Of a DNA stretch of 31,906 nt, positions 29,118 through 31,906 are shown one piece after another (position 1 is the stretch's first letter; each line of letters begins with the position of its first letter). Origin of the DNA: an uncultured Ignavibacteria bacterium (lineage in GTDB: Bacteria; Bacteroidota; Ignavibacteria; Kapaibacteriales; UBA2268); NCBI GenBank assembly GCA_903911805.1, contig CAIWET010000612.1, positions 1 to 31,906 of the forward strand. The letters run 5' to 3'. The notes below the pieces were generated by a model, which had not been told where the DNA came from, did not search any database, and worked only from the letters and a program-made list of their open reading frames with translations. The translations under genes were made by a program, and so were the position numbers.

Positions 29118-30347
29118 ATGAAGATTTTAGTATTTATTATTGCACTTTTTGCTTATAGCTCTCTTTATTCATTGGAATATACTGACAAAACTCCCAATTT
29201 ATTTATTGATTGCAATGGTTGCGATGAAAATTTCTTTAGAGAAAAAATAAAATTCGTAAATTTTGTTAGAGATAGAGCGGATGCTGATATCTATGTAATG
29301 TTGAATTATCAGATGACTGGCTCTGGAGGGAAGAAGTATTTCCTGGACTTTGTTGGTTATAATCAATTTAATGGATTAAACGATACTATTGTTTATACAA
29401 TTCCTAATAGCACAACAGAAGACTTCAGAAGAAATAAAATTACAGAAAAAATCAATCTTGGATTAGTACGATATTTAATGAAAACACAATTCGCCGACAG
29501 TTTAAATCTTAACTTTGCAACCAATACAACTGAGTCCGAAAAGAAAAAAGAAATCAATGACCCTTGGGATTATTGGGTATTTAGTGCAGACTTGAACTCA
29601 TACTTTAGTGGTGAAAAAACTAGTAACTCACTTTCTGCTTATAGCTCACTTTCTGCCGACAGAGTAACAGACGATTGGAAGTTCTCATTAGGATTGAATT
29701 TCAACTATAGCGAAAGCAATTATTTATATGATGATATTAATTACCTTACTTTAACTAAATCAAGGTCTGCAGATGCTTCAGCAATAAAATCCTTGGGAAA
29801 TAATTTTTCTGCTGGAGTTTGGTCATCATATAGCCAAAGTACTTACTCAAATATTCTAAATTCGATTAACGCTAGTGTTGGTGGAGAATACAGCATTCTT
29901 CCATATTCCGAATCAAATAGAGCAGCTATTAAATTGCAATACAAAGTTAGCAATAGATATTATCAATATGAAGAAGAAACAATTTATTTAAAATCAAGTG
30001 AATATGTTCTTAGTAATAATTTGAGTTTTTTATCTAATTTCAAACAAAACTGGGGAAATATATACGCTTCTGTTTCTTGGAGTAATTTTCTAAATGATTT
30101 CGATAAAAATCGCTTTGATGCCTATACCAATTTTTCAGTAAATTTATTCAAAGGATTTAATCTTAATTTCAATTTGTATTATTCTTCTATCCACGACCAA
30201 ATTTCATTGCGCAGAGCCGGCACAAGCGTTGAAGATCTTTTATTGAAACGCAAGCAATTGGGAACTCAATATTCTTATGGTGGAAGTTTTGGAGTAAGCT
30301 ATTCATTCGGCTCAATGTACAGTAATTTTGTGAACACGAGATTTTAA
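29118..30347 (+). CDS. Outer-membrane beta-barrel protein, function unknown
   Basis: Signal peptide, amphipathic aromatic-rich beta strands, C-terminal Phe. Confidence 0.65.
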   Translation: MKILVFIIALFAYSSLYSLEYTDKTPNLFIDCNGCDENFFREKIKFVNFVRDRADADIYVMLNYQMTGSGGKKYFLDFVGYNQFNGLNDTIVYTIPNSTTEDFRRNKITEKINLGLVRYLMKTQFADSLNLNFATNTTESEKKKEINDPWDYWVFSADLNSYFSGEKTSNSLSAYSSLSADRVTDDWKFSLGLNFNYSESNYLYDDINYLTLTKSRSADASAIKSLGNNFSAGVWSSYSQSTYSNILNSINASVGGEYSILPYSESNRAAIKLQYKVSNRYYQYEEETIYLKSSEYVLSNNLSFLSNFKQNWGNIYASVSWSNFLNDFDKNRFDAYTNFSVNLFKGFNLNFNLYYSSIHDQISLRRAGTSVEDLLLKRKQLGTQYSYGGSFGVSYSFGSMYSNFVNTRF

Positions 30348-30351
30348 AAAA

Positions 30352-30484
30352 AGAGGTTGTCTCAAAAGTCAAGATAAAACTTGCTTCGTCATTCTGAGCG
30401 TAGCGAAGAATCCAGTAAATCAACGACTTACGAAATTCCTGGATTTCTCACTTCGTTCGAAATGACACTTTTGAGACAACCTCT
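30352..30484. mobile_element. 133-bp MITE-like unit with perfect 18-bp terminal inverted repeats enclosing two inverted CGTC/TGTC hairpins
   Basis: AGAGGTTGTCTCAAAAGT (30352-30369) / ACTTTTGAGACAACCTCT (30467-30484); internal hairpins at 30387-30413 and 30441-30467. No target-site duplication seen. Confidence 0.55.
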
Positions 30485-30911
30485 CTACTAATATCAATTC
30501 TACCATCAATTTTCCCCTCCTTTTATAAGGAGGGGTGGCAAAACGTGTATTCATACACGTTTTGACGGGGTGGTCACTTTTAATACCAATATTTTCAAAC
30601 GTAGATTCCTGCTTTCGCAGGAATGACAAAATTTAAAAGACACACCCCCTGACCCCCCTCTTGATAGAGGGGGAATTAAGAGAGATGCCGCATCAAGTGC
30701 GGCATGACATACCAATTAATTCTTCACTTCGACATTAATTATTCAATATTCGTTAGTCGATAATTTCTTCTCTTTAAGTCCCTCCATTAATGGGGAGGGA
30801 TTTTGGGTGGGGTGTGACCTGGGCGTTTTTTTCAAACGTAGATGAAGCATCAAGTGCGGCATGACTTCACGAAAATGTTTAATGCGATTCTTCGCTTTGA
30901 TCAGAATGACG
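30352..30911. repeat. Mosaic REP-like cluster 5: TIR unit, D reverse (30482-30576), TGTC hairpin (30603-30628), E (30640-30675), B (30683-30709, 30840-30865), C (30776-30814), CGTC hairpin (30886-30911)
   Basis: The 95-bp block 30482-30576 is the reverse complement of 423-517 with 5 mismatches; lies between convergent genes. Confidence 0.9.
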
Positions 30912-30931
30912 GCAAAAAAAATACATTTTCT

Positions 30932-31906
30932 TTATTTCTTTTTTGGCTTTCCATTTCTATCTAATCCCTGTTTGTCGTATCCTTGGCGGTCATAACCTTT
31001 TGCGTCATAGCCTGTTCTATCGTAACCACTTCTATCGTATCCTTGCTTATTATATCCCTGTTTATCGTATCCGTTTTTATCAAAACCTTGTTTATTATAT
31101 CCTAATTTGTCGTAATCATCACGGTCATATCCTTCGCGGTCATAACCCATTTTATCGAAGCCGTGGCGATTTATTCCATATTTATTGAAGCCTTCGCGGT
31201 CGAATCCACCTTCATTGAATCCAAATCGATTGAAGCCGAAGAAATCATAACCATAGTGATTGAAATAAGTGCTAGTTCCTTTGAAAATATGCGCATTATT
31301 CCATCCGAATTTATCAAATCCAGCTGCATCATAGCCGTACTTGTCATATCCTTCTAAATTATATCCACTTCTATCAAAGCCATATTTATTGAAGCCTAAA
31401 GTATTATATCCATCTTTGCCATAACCACTTCTATCAAAGCCATATTGATTAAATCCTTCGCGGTCAAATCCTGTTTTGTCAAATCCATCGGTATTGAAAC
31501 CGTCCTTTCCATAGCCAGTTTTATCATATCCATAGGAATTAAAACCAGTAATATCATATCCATCAGGATTAAATTTGGTTTTGGTGGTTTTATTGATTTT
31601 TTCTTTATTCCAGCCTATCTGATTGAACCCTTCAGAATCATAACCATAAAAATCAAATCCTTCGGAGTTAAGTTTTGTCTGGGTGAATTTATTTATACCA
31701 GATTGGTTCCATCCCTGCTTGTTGTATCCTTCCAAATCATAGCCAAATTTGTCATAACCATATTTATTATAACCTTTTTGGTTATATCCTTCGATGTCAT
31801 AGCCTTCTTGGTCAAATCTGGAATTTGTAACAGAGTGCATTCCGTCTGAATAAAATCCTCTTGTATTTATGGATTTACAGGATGCGACAATTAAGCCAAT
31901 AAGCAT
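30932..31906 (-). CDS. Pentapeptide-repeat (G-[YF]-[DN]-x-x) putative lipoprotein; the 5' end may lie beyond the window
   Basis: Lipobox-like LIVAS-C; 46 pentapeptides in four blocks separated by GWNxxxIxxxTxTxxNxx-type spacers. Confidence 0.8.
   Translation of the reverse strand: MLIGLIVASCKSINTRGFYSDGMHSVTNSRFDQEGYDIEGYNQKGYNKYGYDKFGYDLEGYNKQGWNQSGINKFTQTKLNSEGFDFYGYDSEGFNQIGWNKEKINKTTKTKFNPDGYDITGFNSYGYDKTGYGKDGFNTDGFDKTGFDREGFNQYGFDRSGYGKDGYNTLGFNKYGFDRSGYNLEGYDKYGYDAAGFDKFGWNNAHIFKGTSTYFNHYGYDFFGFNRFGFNEGGFDREGFNKYGINRHGFDKMGYDREGYDRDDYDKLGYNKQGFDKNGYDKQGYNKQGYDRSGYDRTGYDAKGYDRQGYDKQGLDRNGKPKKK

Noticed and set aside
30187-30629. Minus-strand ORFs 30187-30423 and 30420-30629
   Set aside because: They are translations of REP units (e.g. 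MSFLRKQES, CHFERSEKS) or antisense to the outer-membrane gene.
4-30911. CRISPR interpretation of the recurring repeats
   Set aside because: The repeats belong to several families, occur in both orientations and lack regular unique spacers; no cas genes.
4784-31849. Shadow ORFs opposite or inside well-supported genes (e.g. 4784-5329, 7417-7689, 9864-10169, 15150-15368, 19398-19655, 23630-23979, 26466-26732, 31445-31849)
   Set aside because: Antisense or out-of-frame artefacts of conserved or repetitive coding sequence.

Overview
AT-rich chromosomal window, most likely from an FCB-group (Bacteroidota/Ignavibacteriota/Kapabacteria-like) bacterium. This is inferred from three T9SS type-A C-terminal sorting domains and TAnnTTTG promoter motifs. 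The housekeeping backbone is pccB-like carboxyltransferase, smc, ferritin, trhO, trmH, an OmpA-domain barrel and an outer-membrane protein. Accessory material: (1) a decayed Rhs toxin frame (two in-frame stops, GIY-YIG-like tip) with an Imm26-like immunity gene and a 63-bp remnant of a second Rhs; (2) a DUF559 (Vsr-like) endonuclease gene bracketed by inverted copies of a bipartite palindromic repeat that also occurs alone in three other intergenic clusters, the best candidate for an under-described REP-plus-nuclease element; (3) five mosaic REP-like clusters built from about six hairpin families in conserved order; (4) a phage-switch-like module (Mor-family activator divergent from XRE-HTH, S24 peptidase and PAS histidine kinase) with three AGTA-N5-TACT operators interleaved with a consensus TTTG-N20-TAnnTTTG promoter; (5) one intact HEPN-MNT pair and a second whose HEPN gene is reduced to its two ends; (6) a lipoprotein made of about 50 G-[YF]-[DN]-x-x pentapeptides. 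No rRNA, tRNA or CRISPR array was seen. All family assignments are by eye from motifs; no database search was run.
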